Shown here in pieces: positions 30,031-39,639 of a DNA stretch of 64,000 bases (positions within the stretch are counted from its first letter, which is position 1; each line of letters begins with the position of its first letter). The position numbers were made by a program, and so were the translations under genes. The stretch is from an uncultured Candidatus Binatia bacterium (GTDB taxonomy: Bacteria; Desulfobacterota; Binatia; UBA9968; JAJDTQ01). The notes beneath the pieces were generated by a model. The model was not told the origin of the DNA. It saw only the letters and a program-made list of their open reading frames with translations, and ran no database searches. Location: assembly GCA_965242525.1 (NCBI GenBank), contig OZ251459.1, positions 1,280,001-1,344,000 on the forward strand, given 5' to 3'.

Positions 30031-30903
30031 TCACACCACCCGGCGCCGCAGGTAGGCGCTCAGGTAGTCCACCCCGGTGACCAGGACGTAGAGGACCATG
30101 AGCAGCGTCAGGAGCTGCTGCTCCAGGAACAGGCTGATGGCGATGTGGATCCGCTGGCCCAGGCCGCCGGCCCCCACGAACCCCAGCACCGCGGCCACGC
30201 GGATGTTCACCTCCCAGCGGTAGAGGGTGTAGGAGACGAACTGCGGGAGCGCCTGCGGGAGTATGCCGTAGAACAGGATCTGGAGCTTGCCGGCGCCGGT
30301 GGACTGCAAGGACTCCACGGGTTGGAGGTCCACGTCCTCCAGCACCTCGGCAAACAGCTTGCCCAGGACGCCGCCGGTGTGCACCCCCAGGGCCAACACG
30401 CCGGGGAAGGGGCCCAGGCCCACCAGGAAGACGAAGACCAGCGCCCACAGCATCTCCGGGACGGTCCGCAGGAGGTTCAGCACGGCCCGGGCCGCGAGGT
30501 ACGGGACGCGCCGCAGCAGGACGAGGCCGCGCCGGGTCTCCATCTCGTACAGCAGGCCGGCATAGGCCAAGTTGCGCGAACCGAAGAACACCAGGGACAG
30601 GGCGATGACCGAGGCCAGCAGGGTCCCCATCAACGAGATGGCGAAGGTCTCCCATGCACCGGATGCGGCGTCGGCCAGCGTCTTGCGGGACAGGTCCGGG
30701 GGAAAGAGCCGCGCCGCGTACTCGAAGAGGGCGCCGCCCCCTTCGGCGCTGAAGAGCAGCCCCATATCGACTTCGGAGCCCCGGTAGCTCCAGAGCCACA
30801 GGGCGGCCAGGGACCCCAACAGGACCAGGGCGGACGCGCGCGAGGTCTCGCGGGCCTTCTCCCGGAGCGCGGCCGGATCATGCGGAGCCGCGGGCCGGTT
30901 CAT
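30031..30903 (-). CDS. phnE: PhnE/PtxC-family ABC permease
   Basis: FPPD, ETFAIS, RTVPEMLWA, VGLGPFPGVLAL, YRWEVNIRVAAVLGFVGAGGLG. Confidence 0.9.
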   Translation of the reverse strand: MNRPAAPHDPAALREKARETSRASALVLLGSLAALWLWSYRGSEVDMGLLFSAEGGGALFEYAARLFPPDLSRKTLADAASGAWETFAISLMGTLLASVIALSLVFFGSRNLAYAGLLYEMETRRGLVLLRRVPYLAARAVLNLLRTVPEMLWALVFVFLVGLGPFPGVLALGVHTGGVLGKLFAEVLEDVDLQPVESLQSTGAGKLQILFYGILPQALPQFVSYTLYRWEVNIRVAAVLGFVGAGGLGQRIHIAISLFLEQQLLTLLMVLYVLVTGVDYLSAYLRRRVV

Positions 30904-31754
30904 AACAGGGAACGCACCTTCGCGCTGAGGTAGTCGGCCGCCGCCACCAGCGAGAAGAGGATGAGCAGCAGCGTGGTCACTTCGTGGAAGTGGAACATCC
31001 GGATGGAGATCTCGATCTGCTGGCCGATGCCGCCGGCGCCCACCAGCCCCAGGATGGCCGAGGTCCGCACCGCGCATTCCCAACGGTAGAGTGTATAGGA
31101 CGCCACGTTGGGAAGCACCTGGGGCAGCCAGCCGTAGAAGAATATCTGGAGCCGCCCGGCGCCGGTGGACTGGATGGCCTCCAGCGGCCGGTCGTCCACC
31201 GACTCGAATATCTCGGAATAGACCTTGCCCAGCATCCCGCCGTAGGCCACCCCGATGGCCAGCACTCCCGGAAACGGTCCCAGGCCCACCGCGCGCACGA
31301 ACATGAAGGCCCAGACGAACTCCGGGATGCAGCGGAACAGGCTCAGCAACCCCCGGGAAAGGCAGTAGAGGCAGACCTTGGAGCCACGTCTCCAGCCGGC
31401 GCCCTGGCCCTCGACCTCGTGGAGGACGCCCCTGAAGCTGAAGGTGCTGGTGGCCAGCAACCCGAGGGGGAAGCCGATGAGCACCGCGATGGTCGTTCCC
31501 ATCACGGAGATCTGGACGGTCTCCATGGTGGGGCCCACCATGAGCTCCAGGAACTCCCAGGACAGCTCCGGGGGGTACATCCCGGTGACGAACTTCCACA
31601 GGTGTTCCCTGCCCCGGGGCTCGAAGAAGAGTCCCGGGTCCACCTCGGCCCGGCGCCAACTGTCCGCCAGCAGGAAGAGGAACAGGCCGCTGAAGACGTA
31701 GGGGAAGACGGAACGCGGAAGAGCGCTAGAGGGCGGCCCGTTGCTCCGGTTCAT
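30900..31754 (-). CDS. phnE: PhnE/PtxC-family ABC permease
   Basis: YPPE, ETVQIS, IPEFVWA, GLGPFPGVLAI, YRWECAVRTSAILGLVGAGGIG. Confidence 0.9.
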   Translation of the reverse strand: MNRSNGPPSSALPRSVFPYVFSGLFLFLLADSWRRAEVDPGLFFEPRGREHLWKFVTGMYPPELSWEFLELMVGPTMETVQISVMGTTIAVLIGFPLGLLATSTFSFRGVLHEVEGQGAGWRRGSKVCLYCLSRGLLSLFRCIPEFVWAFMFVRAVGLGPFPGVLAIGVAYGGMLGKVYSEIFESVDDRPLEAIQSTGAGRLQIFFYGWLPQVLPNVASYTLYRWECAVRTSAILGLVGAGGIGQQIEISIRMFHFHEVTTLLLILFSLVAAADYLSAKVRSLL

Positions 31755-32535
31755 GGACAGGCTCTCGGCCGGGGCCTTCGGGGGCGGCGCCGGAATAGAG
31801 GCGCCCCAGGAGCTGCGGCGTCACCCGGTCCGCGGCGGTATCGAACAGCTTGACCCCCTCCTTCATGCCGATGACCCTGGGGAAGTGCGCCAGCGCCAGG
31901 TCGACGCTGTGGAGGTTCACCATCAGGGTCTTGCGGGTCTCGGCGCTGATGGCCACCAGCAGCCGGATGATGGCTTCGGCCAGTGAGGGGTCCACGGACG
32001 AGACCGGCTCGTCCGCCAGTATCACGTCGGGGTCCTGGACCAGCACCCGGGCGATGGCCACGCGCTGTTGCTGGCCCCCCGAGAGCTGGTCCGTGCGGCT
32101 GAAGAGCTTCTCGCCGATGCCCACGTCGGCCAGGGCCCGGTAGGCCACGTCCAGCCGGGACGGCCGCGCCAGCGAGACCAGGGACCCCGGCAGGGACCAC
32201 CTCCCCAGCATGCCCGACAGCACGTTGTGGACCACCCGCAGGCGCGGCACCAGGTTGTGCTGCTGGTAGATGGTGCCGATGCGCCGCCGGACCTCGCGCA
32301 ACCGCCGTCCGTACAGCCCCCCCACCTCCCGGCCGCGGATGGAGAGCCGTCCCGAGGTGGGGCGAACCGTGCAGTTGAGCATGCGGAAGAGCGTGGTCTT
32401 GCCCGCGCCGCTGGGTCCGATGAGGGCCACGCGCTCCCCCCTGGCCACCTCCAGGTCGAATCCTTCCAGCGCCGCCTGCCCCTGCCCGAACACCTTGCGG
32501 ACGTCCTCCAGGCGGTATTGCGGCGAGGCGGTCAA
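31726..32535 (-). CDS. phnC: PhnC-family ABC ATP-binding protein
   Basis: GPSGAGKTT, NVLSG.LG, LSGGQQQRVAIAR, ADEPVSSVDP; TTG start overlapping the SBP stop. Confidence 0.9.
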   Translation of the reverse strand: MTASPQYRLEDVRKVFGQGQAALEGFDLEVARGERVALIGPSGAGKTTLFRMLNCTVRPTSGRLSIRGREVGGLYGRRLREVRRRIGTIYQQHNLVPRLRVVHNVLSGMLGRWSLPGSLVSLARPSRLDVAYRALADVGIGEKLFSRTDQLSGGQQQRVAIARVLVQDPDVILADEPVSSVDPSLAEAIIRLLVAISAETRKTLMVNLHSVDLALAHFPRVIGMKEGVKLFDTAADRVTPQLLGRLYSGAAPEGPGREPVHEPEQRAAL

Positions 32536-33395
32536 TTGACCTTGAGCATCCCCGCGGCCACGGCCGCGTCCCTGATGCCGTCCCAGTCCGAGTCCCTGGC
32601 GGGGACGAACTTCCGGGTGCGCTGCAGGTCCATGATTTCCTTGTGCCGCGGGTCGGCGTAGTCGAGTTTCAGGAGCGCCTGCTTGAACTTTTCCCGGACC
32701 TCCTCGGGCACGCCGCCCCGGGCCACCCACACGTAATCCACGTAGGGCGGCGTGGTCCAGAACACGTGGACCTTCCCGACATCGACCCTGCCCTTCTCCA
32801 CCAGCTTGGCCCACACCAGGAAATTGAGCACGCCGGCATCCACCCGCCCGGCCGCCACCCACGCCGCGGTGGCGTCATGGGCGCCGCTGAAGCCGAACTT
32901 GCGGAAGTCCCGCTCGGGATCCAGTCCCGCGGCCACGAGGAAATGGCGCGGCATCAGGTGTCCGGAGGTGGAGCTCACGCTGCCGAAGGCAAAGGTCTTG
33001 CCCTTGAGGTCCGCCAGCGTCCGGATGCCGGAATCCGTGCGCGTCACGAAGACGCTCTTGAAGGCCCGGTCCTCCACGCGCATGACCAGCCTTGTGGCGC
33101 CCTTGGCTCGATGGACCGCCTGGACCGAGGTGAAGCCGCCGTACCAGGCGATATCCAGCCGCCCCGCGGCCAGCCCTTCCACCGTCGCGGCATAGTCCAC
33201 CACCGGGACGAACTTGACCTTCATCCCCACTTCCTCGGCCAGGTAGTCGGTGAAAGGCTCGTACTTGCGCAACAGTTCCTGGGGGTCCTCGTCGGGTATG
33301 GCGGAGATCCGCAAGGTGTCGGCCCCGGCGCTTCCCAGGGCCGCGAAAGTGAACAGCATCCAGAGGCACAGCCACCGGCCCGGTCGTCGTTTCAT
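32532..33395 (-). CDS. PhnD-like periplasmic binding protein, resembling the 'putative selenate ABC transporter' clade
   Basis: Signal peptide; SAIPDE, DYAATVE, AWYGGFTSVQA, SSTSGHLMPR, SGAHDAT, TPPYVDYVW. Confidence 0.85.
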   Translation of the reverse strand: MKRRPGRWLCLWMLFTFAALGSAGADTLRISAIPDEDPQELLRKYEPFTDYLAEEVGMKVKFVPVVDYAATVEGLAAGRLDIAWYGGFTSVQAVHRAKGATRLVMRVEDRAFKSVFVTRTDSGIRTLADLKGKTFAFGSVSSTSGHLMPRHFLVAAGLDPERDFRKFGFSGAHDATAAWVAAGRVDAGVLNFLVWAKLVEKGRVDVGKVHVFWTTPPYVDYVWVARGGVPEEVREKFKQALLKLDYADPRHKEIMDLQRTRKFVPARDSDWDGIRDAAVAAGMLKVN

Positions 33396-33514
33396 CCAAA
33401 CCTCCCTCGATCGCATGGCCCAATTGGACAGGAAAGCCGCCCATATGTCAAATATACGGGCGGTGACGGTGGGTTGCCGGAAGGAGTTGTGGTAGATTCC
33501 GCGCATCCTCGGCC

Positions 33515-34594
33515 ATGAAAGAATCGCCCCTCCAGGACCTCCACGAGCGCAACGGCGCGGTCTTCCTCCAACGGGAAGGGTGGCGCCTGCCCGCCCATTT
33601 CCGGGACCCCGCGGCGGAATACGACGCGGTGCGTTCCGGCGCGGGCTGGCTCGACTTGGCGGACCGGGCCCTGGTCTCGGTCACAGGCCCGGACGGCGCC
33701 GAGTGGCTCCAGGGCATGCTTTCCAACGACGTCAAGGCCTTGGGCACGGGCGAAGGAGCGCCGGCCGCGGTCCTGAACGTACAGGGGAAGATCCTGGCGG
33801 ACGTGCGGGTGTTCCGTACCGACGATTCCTTCCTCCTGGAACTGGACGAGCCCCTGCTGCCGGGCGTGCTCGCCCACCTGCACGGCTACCTGATCGCCGA
33901 CGAAGTGGATCTCGACGACCTCTCCCGGCGGCTCGCCCTGGTCTCGGTCCAGGGGCCCGAGGCGGAAGCCGTCCTCGCCCGCTTCCTGCCCGCGGACTCG
34001 CTGCCCGGGTCCGACCTGTCCCACCGGGAGTCGGAGTGGGCGGGCGGGCGAATCCGGGTCATCCGGGCCACGCATACGGGGGAGCCCGGCTTCGACCTCG
34101 CGGCGCCGGCGGAAGCCCTCGCGGCCCTGGCGGCGCTCCCCGCGGTCCGGGGCGTCCCGTGGATCGGGGGCCACGCCCGGGAGGTCCTGCGCATCGAGGC
34201 GGGCATCCCCCGGTACGGGGTCGATATGGACGCCGAGACGCTGCTGCTGGAGACCTGCCTCGACAACGCCGTCAGCTTCACCAAGGGATGCTATCTCGGA
34301 CAGGAAACGGTGGAGCGCATCCACTCCCGCGGCCACGTGAACCGCAAGCTGGTGGGCCTCAAGGCCGAAGGCCACTTGGCGCCCGGCCGGGACGACCCGG
34401 TGCTGCGCGACGGCCGCCCCGTGGGCCGGGTCACCAGCGCCACCGTGTCGCCCCGGCTCCAATGCCCCATCGCCCTGGGCTACGTCCACCGGGACTGCGC
34501 CGAGCCCGGAAGCGCCGTCACCATCGCGCACGGACCCCGGAAGATCGCCGCCGCGGTCCATGCGCTGCCCTTCCGACCCCCTCCCGGCCCGTAG
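33515..34594 (+). CDS. YgfZ/GcvT-family folate-binding aminomethyltransferase-like protein
   Basis: SFTKGCYLGQE signature, LRIEAGIP, GRVTS...IALGYV. Confidence 0.92.
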   Translation: MKESPLQDLHERNGAVFLQREGWRLPAHFRDPAAEYDAVRSGAGWLDLADRALVSVTGPDGAEWLQGMLSNDVKALGTGEGAPAAVLNVQGKILADVRVFRTDDSFLLELDEPLLPGVLAHLHGYLIADEVDLDDLSRRLALVSVQGPEAEAVLARFLPADSLPGSDLSHRESEWAGGRIRVIRATHTGEPGFDLAAPAEALAALAALPAVRGVPWIGGHAREVLRIEAGIPRYGVDMDAETLLLETCLDNAVSFTKGCYLGQETVERIHSRGHVNRKLVGLKAEGHLAPGRDDPVLRDGRPVGRVTSATVSPRLQCPIALGYVHRDCAEPGSAVTIAHGPRKIAAAVHALPFRPPPGP

Positions 34595-34618
34595 TCCGGC
34601 AGGCCCGGAGGCGGGACC

Positions 34619-35077
34619 CTACAGCTTGTCGAGCTCGGCCAGCAGGTCCTGGTTCTCCGGAATGCCGCTCTCGTAGAGCTTGGCGAACCGCACGGTCCCC
34701 TGCTTGTCGATGATGAAGACGGCCCTCTTGGGAAAGCCCTGGGGACGCAGGCAGTCGTACTGCTCGCACACCGCCCCGTGGGGATAGAAATCGGACAACA
34801 TGGGAAAGGTGATCCCGCCCATCTTTTCCGCAAACGCCTTGTGGGCGAAAACCGAGTCCACACTCACGCTCAGGACCTGAGCGTCTCTGGCCTCGAAGCC
34901 GGACTTGTCGGCCTCGAAGTTGCTCAGTTCCTGCTGTCAACCGCCGGTGAAGTCCAGTGGATAGAACGCCAGCACCACGTTCTTTTTGCCGGCGTAGTCA
35001 CCCAGGGAAACCTTCTCGTCCCGGGAAACCGGCAGGCTGAATTGGGGAGCCTTCTCCCCTACGTTGGGCATTGCCAT
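34619..35077 (-). CDS. Peroxiredoxin (AhpC/TSA, AhpE/BCP-like), predicted selenoprotein with UGA-Sec at 34937-34939
   Basis: One frame: MAMPNVGEKAPQFSLP...VVLAFYPLDFTGG-UGA-QQELSNF...VSVDS..AHKAF...FPMLSDF...RAVFIIDKQG; UGA sits at the Cys of PxxxTxxC; AAGGAG RBS. Confidence 0.9.
34871..34933 (-). promoter_or_regulatory. Candidate bacterial SECIS hairpin immediately 3' of the Sec UGA
   Basis: CAGGA/TCCTG, CTGAGC/GCTCAG and TTCGAGGCCG/CGGCTTCGAG stems around an ACAAGTC loop, starting 3 nt after UGA. Confidence 0.65.
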
Positions 35078-35140
35078 TGCGCGTCTCCTTTCCGCTTGCT
35101 TTCCTCGGTTCCTTTCGAACGTCCGCTCCCACGCTGTCTA

Positions 35141-35689
35141 TCACACTCCGCCGCGGCGATAAAGGCGGCGGAAGTCCTTCAGGGCCTCCACCGTGCTGGG
35201 AAAGGCGAGGTCGTCCCAGGGGATCCGGGACGGGGCGAAGGTGCCGGCCTCGGTGCTCTCGTCTCCGGCCGCAAGGGTCCCTCCCACCACGTCCGCCACA
35301 TAGACGATGATGACGTTGGGGGATCCGGGGTAGGAGTAAACGCCCAGGAGCGACCGGGTGGCCACCTCCAGGTTGCTTTCCTCCCGGGTCTCCCGGACCG
35401 CGGCTTCGGCCGTGCTTTCGCCCCTGTCCACGTAACCGCCGGGGAAGACCCACTTGCCCAGGGCCGGCTCGATGCCCCGGCGCAGCAGCACCACGCCCCG
35501 GTGGAGCATGCAAACGGCGCCGGCCACCACCTTGGGGTCCTGGTAGAATATGAACGAGCACTCCCCGCAGACCAGGCGCTCGGGCTCGTGGTCCTTGAGC
35601 ACGCGCCGCGCCAGCGGCCCGGCGCAACGGGGGCAGAAGCGGTAACCGCCGGCCCCGTGGTGGTGCGCGTGATGGTCGTGGTTCGCCAT
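35141..35689 (-). CDS. NUDIX hydrolase with N-terminal zinc ribbon
   Basis: FCPRCA...CGEC, Nudix box GGYVDRGESTAEAAVRETREESNL. Confidence 0.9.
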   Translation of the reverse strand: MANHDHHAHHHGAGGYRFCPRCAGPLARRVLKDHEPERLVCGECSFIFYQDPKVVAGAVCMLHRGVVLLRRGIEPALGKWVFPGGYVDRGESTAEAAVRETREESNLEVATRSLLGVYSYPGSPNVIIVYVADVVGGTLAAGDESTEAGTFAPSRIPWDDLAFPSTVEALKDFRRLYRRGGV

Positions 35690-35736
35690 GGACGGCTCTT
35701 TCGTCGTCGGGTCCGTGCGAGGGACCCCCGGCCTCC

Positions 35737-36483
35737 CTACCGCGCCGCGGGCGCCCGCGGGAGGGCCGCGGCGCGCCGGAGGGCCGCCACCTCCTCCCCG
35801 GACAGGGGGCGCAAGGCCCCCGGGGCCAGGGCCCCCAGCGCGATGGGGCCGAAGCGGCTCCTCACGAGCCTCTCCACCGTGTGGCCCACCGCTTCCACCA
35901 TCCTCCGCACCTGCCGGTTGCGCCCCTCCCGGAGTTCGATGCACAGCCACGCCTTCCGCTTCAGGCGCTTCCGCACCCGCACCCGGGCCGGCGCGGTCAT
36001 GCCGTCGTCGAGCCTGACGCCGCGGCGCAGCCGCTCCAGTTGCGCTTCCGTCGGGGTCCCGCTCAACTTGACCTCATAGGCCTTGCGGACGCCGTGGCTC
36101 GGATGGGTCAGGCGGTGGACCAGGTCTCCGTCGTTGCTGAGCAGCAACAGGCCCGAAGTGCCGTAGTCCAGCCGCCCCGCGGGAACGACTCCGGGCGGAT
36201 GGCCCCCGCCGCGCAAGTAGTCGGCCACGGTGGGCCGCCCTTCGGTGTCCCGCATGGTAGTGAGGACCCCGCCGGGCTTGTGGAACGCCAGATAGACAAT
36301 GGACGCCGCGGGGCGCAGCAGCCGGCCGTCCACGCGGATGCTGTCCCGGGCCGCGTCGGCCTGCGTCCCCAGCTCCCGGACCCGATGCCCGTTGACCGAG
36401 ACGCGGCCCTGGACGATCCACTGTTCCGACTGGCGCCTGGAGGCGAGTCCCGCCCGGGCCATGATCCTCTGGAGCCGTTCCAT
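35737..36483 (-). CDS. rluB: RsuA/RluB-family pseudouridine synthase
   Basis: S4 domain RLQRIMARAGLASRR, GRLD, EGRNRQVRRM; follows scpB. Confidence 0.9.
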   Translation of the reverse strand: MERLQRIMARAGLASRRQSEQWIVQGRVSVNGHRVRELGTQADAARDSIRVDGRLLRPAASIVYLAFHKPGGVLTTMRDTEGRPTVADYLRGGGHPPGVVPAGRLDYGTSGLLLLSNDGDLVHRLTHPSHGVRKAYEVKLSGTPTEAQLERLRRGVRLDDGMTAPARVRVRKRLKRKAWLCIELREGRNRQVRRMVEAVGHTVERLVRSRFGPIALGALAPGALRPLSGEEVAALRRAAALPRAPAAR

Positions 36484-36492
36484 GGGTCCGTG

Positions 36493-37203
36493 TCAACCGG
36501 GGACTTTCCCGTTCCCGAAAGGGTCCGCTCCGGGGTCTTCCGGGGCAGTCCGGTCCGCGGGACCCTCCTCCTCGCTTTCGGTCTCCGGGTCGGGGCGCTC
36601 CATGACCGTATCCCCGGCGCCTGCCGGAGGCAACGGATCGCCCGAAGGGGGCGCCGGCTCGCGCGGTTCGCCCTCCGCGCGGGTCATGTCCTCCATCTCC
36701 TGCAGGGTCGGCAGGCTCGCCAGGTCCTTGAGGTTGAAGGCCTCCAGGAACTCGCGGGTGGTGCCGTAGAGGAAAGGCTTGCCGGCCACGTCCTTCCGCC
36801 CCACGATCCGCACCAGGCGGCGCTCCAGCAGCGTCGATACCACGCCGTCCACGTTGACCCCGCGGATCTCCTCCATCTCCGCCCGGGTCACGGGTTGCCG
36901 GTAGGCGATGATGGCCAGGGTCTCCAGGTTCGCCCGGCTCATGCGCGCGGGCTTCACCGCGGTGAGCTTCCGCACGAAGTCCGCGTGCTCCCTGGGAGTC
37001 CGCAACTGGAAGCTGTTGGCCACCTCCACCAGACGCAGCCCCCGGCCGGCGTCCTCGTACTCGCGCTGCAACCCCCGGAGGGCATCGAGGACCTCCCCCC
37101 GCGGGACCTCCCCCACCACGCCCTTCAGGCGATCGACGGACAGGGGCTCGTCCGCGGCCAGCAACAGGCTTTCGAGTATGGACTTGAGCCGGTCAGTCTC
37201 CAT
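36493..37203 (-). CDS. scpB: SMC-Scp complex subunit ScpB
   Basis: LETLAIIAYRQPVTRAEMEEIRGV, LYGTTREFL. Confidence 0.96.
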   Translation of the reverse strand: METDRLKSILESLLLAADEPLSVDRLKGVVGEVPRGEVLDALRGLQREYEDAGRGLRLVEVANSFQLRTPREHADFVRKLTAVKPARMSRANLETLAIIAYRQPVTRAEMEEIRGVNVDGVVSTLLERRLVRIVGRKDVAGKPFLYGTTREFLEAFNLKDLASLPTLQEMEDMTRAEGEPREPAPPSGDPLPPAGAGDTVMERPDPETESEEEGPADRTAPEDPGADPFGNGKVPG

Positions 37204-37957
37204 AGCCGTCCTCCGGCGCCTCCGCGTCCAGGGCCGCGCCGGCCTCGGACAGCGCGAGGGTCAGGACGATGGGACCCAGGCGCTCTTCCTGCACCGCGTC
37301 CACCGCGCGGATGCGGATGAGCTCCAGCAGCGCGAGGAACGTCACCACCACCTCCATGCGCGAACCCGCGGCGTCGAACAGCTCGTGGAAGAGCAGCGGC
37401 GCGCGGCCCCGGAGCTCGTCGAGGATGCCGGTCATGCGCTCGCGCACGGACACGGTCTCCTGCACCACCGTGTGGACGGACGGTTCCGGGAACCTTTCCA
37501 GCACCCGCTGGAGCGCGGACATGAGGTCGAACACGGAAAGCTGCTCGAAACGGACCTCCCTGACCGGCGCGGACCGGCCCTGCCGCGCGAACACGTCCCG
37601 GTTGAGGATCTCCCGCCCCTCCAGGTCCCGGGCCGCGTTCTTGAAGCGTTCGTACTCCAGCAGCCGGCGCACCAGCTCCTCCCGGCCGTCGCCGGCCTCG
37701 TCGTCGTCATCCTCCTCGCCCTCTTCCTCCGGCGGGAGCAGGGTCTTCGACTTGATGTGCAGGAGGGTGGCCGCCATGACCAGGTACTCCCCGGACACGT
37801 CGAGGTTGAGGCCCTGCATCAACTCCAGCGCGGCCAGGTACTGCTCGGTGATGGACGCGATGGGGACGTCCACGATGCTGAGGTCGTTCTTCCGGATCAG
37901 ATGGAGCAGCAGGTCCAGCGGACCTTCGTAGATGGGCAGTTGCACGCGGAGGGACAT
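37193..37957 (-). CDS. scpA: Segregation/condensation protein ScpA
   Basis: YEGPLDLLLHLI, EYLVMAATLLHIKSKTLLP, VVTFLALLEL. Confidence 0.96.
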   Translation of the reverse strand: MSLRVQLPIYEGPLDLLLHLIRKNDLSIVDVPIASITEQYLAALELMQGLNLDVSGEYLVMAATLLHIKSKTLLPPEEEGEEDDDDEAGDGREELVRRLLEYERFKNAARDLEGREILNRDVFARQGRSAPVREVRFEQLSVFDLMSALQRVLERFPEPSVHTVVQETVSVRERMTGILDELRGRAPLLFHELFDAAGSRMEVVVTFLALLELIRIRAVDAVQEERLGPIVLTLALSEAGAALDAEAPEDGYGD

Positions 37958-37960
37958 GGC

Positions 37961-38938
37961 CTACAGGGTCAGCGCGGACCGCACCTCGCCCATGGTGGCC
38001 GCGGCCTCCCGGCCGGCCACGCGGTTGCCCTGGGCGATGACGTCGCGGATGTCGTCCGGCCGTTTTTCGTAGCGGACCAGGTTTTCCCGGAACGGCGCAA
38101 GGTCGTCGATGACGTGGCGGATCATCACTTTCTTGCAGTCCAGGCAGCCGATGCCCGCGCTCCGGCACCCTTCGGAGACCTCCCGGATCTCCTCGGGGGT
38201 GCTGTAGATCCTGTGCAGTTGGAAGGCCGGGCACTTTTCCGGCTCGCCCGGGTCCGTGCGTCGGACCCGGGCGGTGTCGGTCACCATCCGGCTCAGCTTC
38301 CGGTCGATGGCCTCGGGGGGGTCCGACAGCAGCACCGAGTTGCCGTAGCTCTTGCTCATCTTGCGCCCGTCCAGTCCCGGCACCCGCCGGGCTTCCGCGA
38401 GCAGCACCTCCGGCTCGGGGAAGACCGGGCCGTAGAGGCCGTTGAAGCGCCGGACGATCTCCCGCGTCAGCTCCACGTGGGGGGCCTGGTCCGCCCCCAC
38501 CGGCACCCGGTGGGCCTTGTACATGATGATGTCGGCCGCCTGCAGCACCGGGTAGCCCAGGAACCCGTAGGTGGACAGGTCGCGCCCGCTGAGCTCCTGC
38601 ACCTGCTCCTTGTAGGTGGGGTTCCGTTCCAGCCAGGGGACCGGAGTCAACATGGAGAGGAGCAGGTGGAGCTCCGCGTGCTCCTTCACGTCGGACTGCC
38701 GGAAGATCGTGCACTTGGCCGGGTCCAGGCCCACGCTGAGCCATTCCGCCACCATGGCATGGGAGCTTTCCCGGATCCGGTCGGGGGACTGGTAGTCTGT
38801 GGTCAGCGCGTGCCAGTCGGCCACGAAGAAGAAACAGCGGTAGTCCTCCTGCAAGCCCACCCAGTTGCGCAGGGCTCCGTGCAGGTGGCCCAGGTGGAGG
38901 AGTCCGGTGGGGCGCGCCCCGCTTACGATGGTCTGCAT
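37961..38938 (-). CDS. trpS: Tryptophan--tRNA ligase
   Basis: SGARPTGLLHLGH, YPVLQAADI, VPVGADQ, KMSKS. Confidence 0.97.
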   Translation of the reverse strand: MQTIVSGARPTGLLHLGHLHGALRNWVGLQEDYRCFFFVADWHALTTDYQSPDRIRESSHAMVAEWLSVGLDPAKCTIFRQSDVKEHAELHLLLSMLTPVPWLERNPTYKEQVQELSGRDLSTYGFLGYPVLQAADIIMYKAHRVPVGADQAPHVELTREIVRRFNGLYGPVFPEPEVLLAEARRVPGLDGRKMSKSYGNSVLLSDPPEAIDRKLSRMVTDTARVRRTDPGEPEKCPAFQLHRIYSTPEEIREVSEGCRSAGIGCLDCKKVMIRHVIDDLAPFRENLVRYEKRPDDIRDVIAQGNRVAGREAAATMGEVRSALTL

Positions 38939-38947
38939 GGCTCCAGC

Positions 38948-39604
38948 TTACACGACTCCGACGATGACGGCCAGAAACCAGATCACCGAGTCCCCCAGGG
39001 GCGCCAGCGTGTAGCTCAAGACCCCGGTCATCAGCAGGGCCACGACGATGAGTATCCCGAAAGGCTCCACGCGGGCCACCTGCATGGCCTGGGGTTCGGG
39101 CAGGAGTCCCACCAGTACCCGGCCGCCGTCCAGGGGCGGCACCGGAAGGACGTTGAACAGGGCCAGCATGACGTTGATGCGGACGCCGGCCACGCCCATG
39201 TACCACAGGTACGACGCCAGGGAGCCGGTGGCGGCGCTTTCGGTCACTAGGATGAGTTTCAGCAGCACCAGGCTCAGCAGGGCGAGGACCAGGTTGGCGC
39301 CGGGACCCGCCAGGGCCACCCGGACCATGTCGCGCCGGGGGTCCTTCAGGTTGTGGTAGTCCACCGGCACCGGCTTGGCGTAACCGAACACCGGGGCCCC
39401 GGCCCAGAGCAGCACCGCGGGCAGCAGCACGGTCCCCACCAAGTCGATGTGGGACAGAGGGTTCAGGGTCAGCCGGCCCATGGCCGCGGCCGTGGGGTCC
39501 CCCAGCCGGTAGGCCACCCAACCGTGCGCCACTTCGTGGAACACGATGGCCGCGAGGACCGGGAACGCCCAGATGGACAACTGCCAGAGGAACTCCTGGG
39601 GCAT
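38948..39604 (-). CDS. Site-2 protease family (M50) membrane metalloprotease
   Basis: HEVAH, AGPGAN, FNVLPVPPLDGG. Confidence 0.93.
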   Translation of the reverse strand: MPQEFLWQLSIWAFPVLAAIVFHEVAHGWVAYRLGDPTAAAMGRLTLNPLSHIDLVGTVLLPAVLLWAGAPVFGYAKPVPVDYHNLKDPRRDMVRVALAGPGANLVLALLSLVLLKLILVTESAATGSLASYLWYMGVAGVRINVMLALFNVLPVPPLDGGRVLVGLLPEPQAMQVARVEPFGILIVVALLMTGVLSYTLAPLGDSVIWFLAVIVGVV

Positions 39605-39639
39605 GGGAACTTCCTTGAGCGGCGCGCCGGGCGGGCGCG

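Noticed and set aside
29759-30799. Apparent 1568-aa ORF extending the RM gene upstream through the REP cluster and phnE
   Set aside because: The extension is an alternate frame of phnE plus translated REPs; a good RBS and ATG exist at 29758
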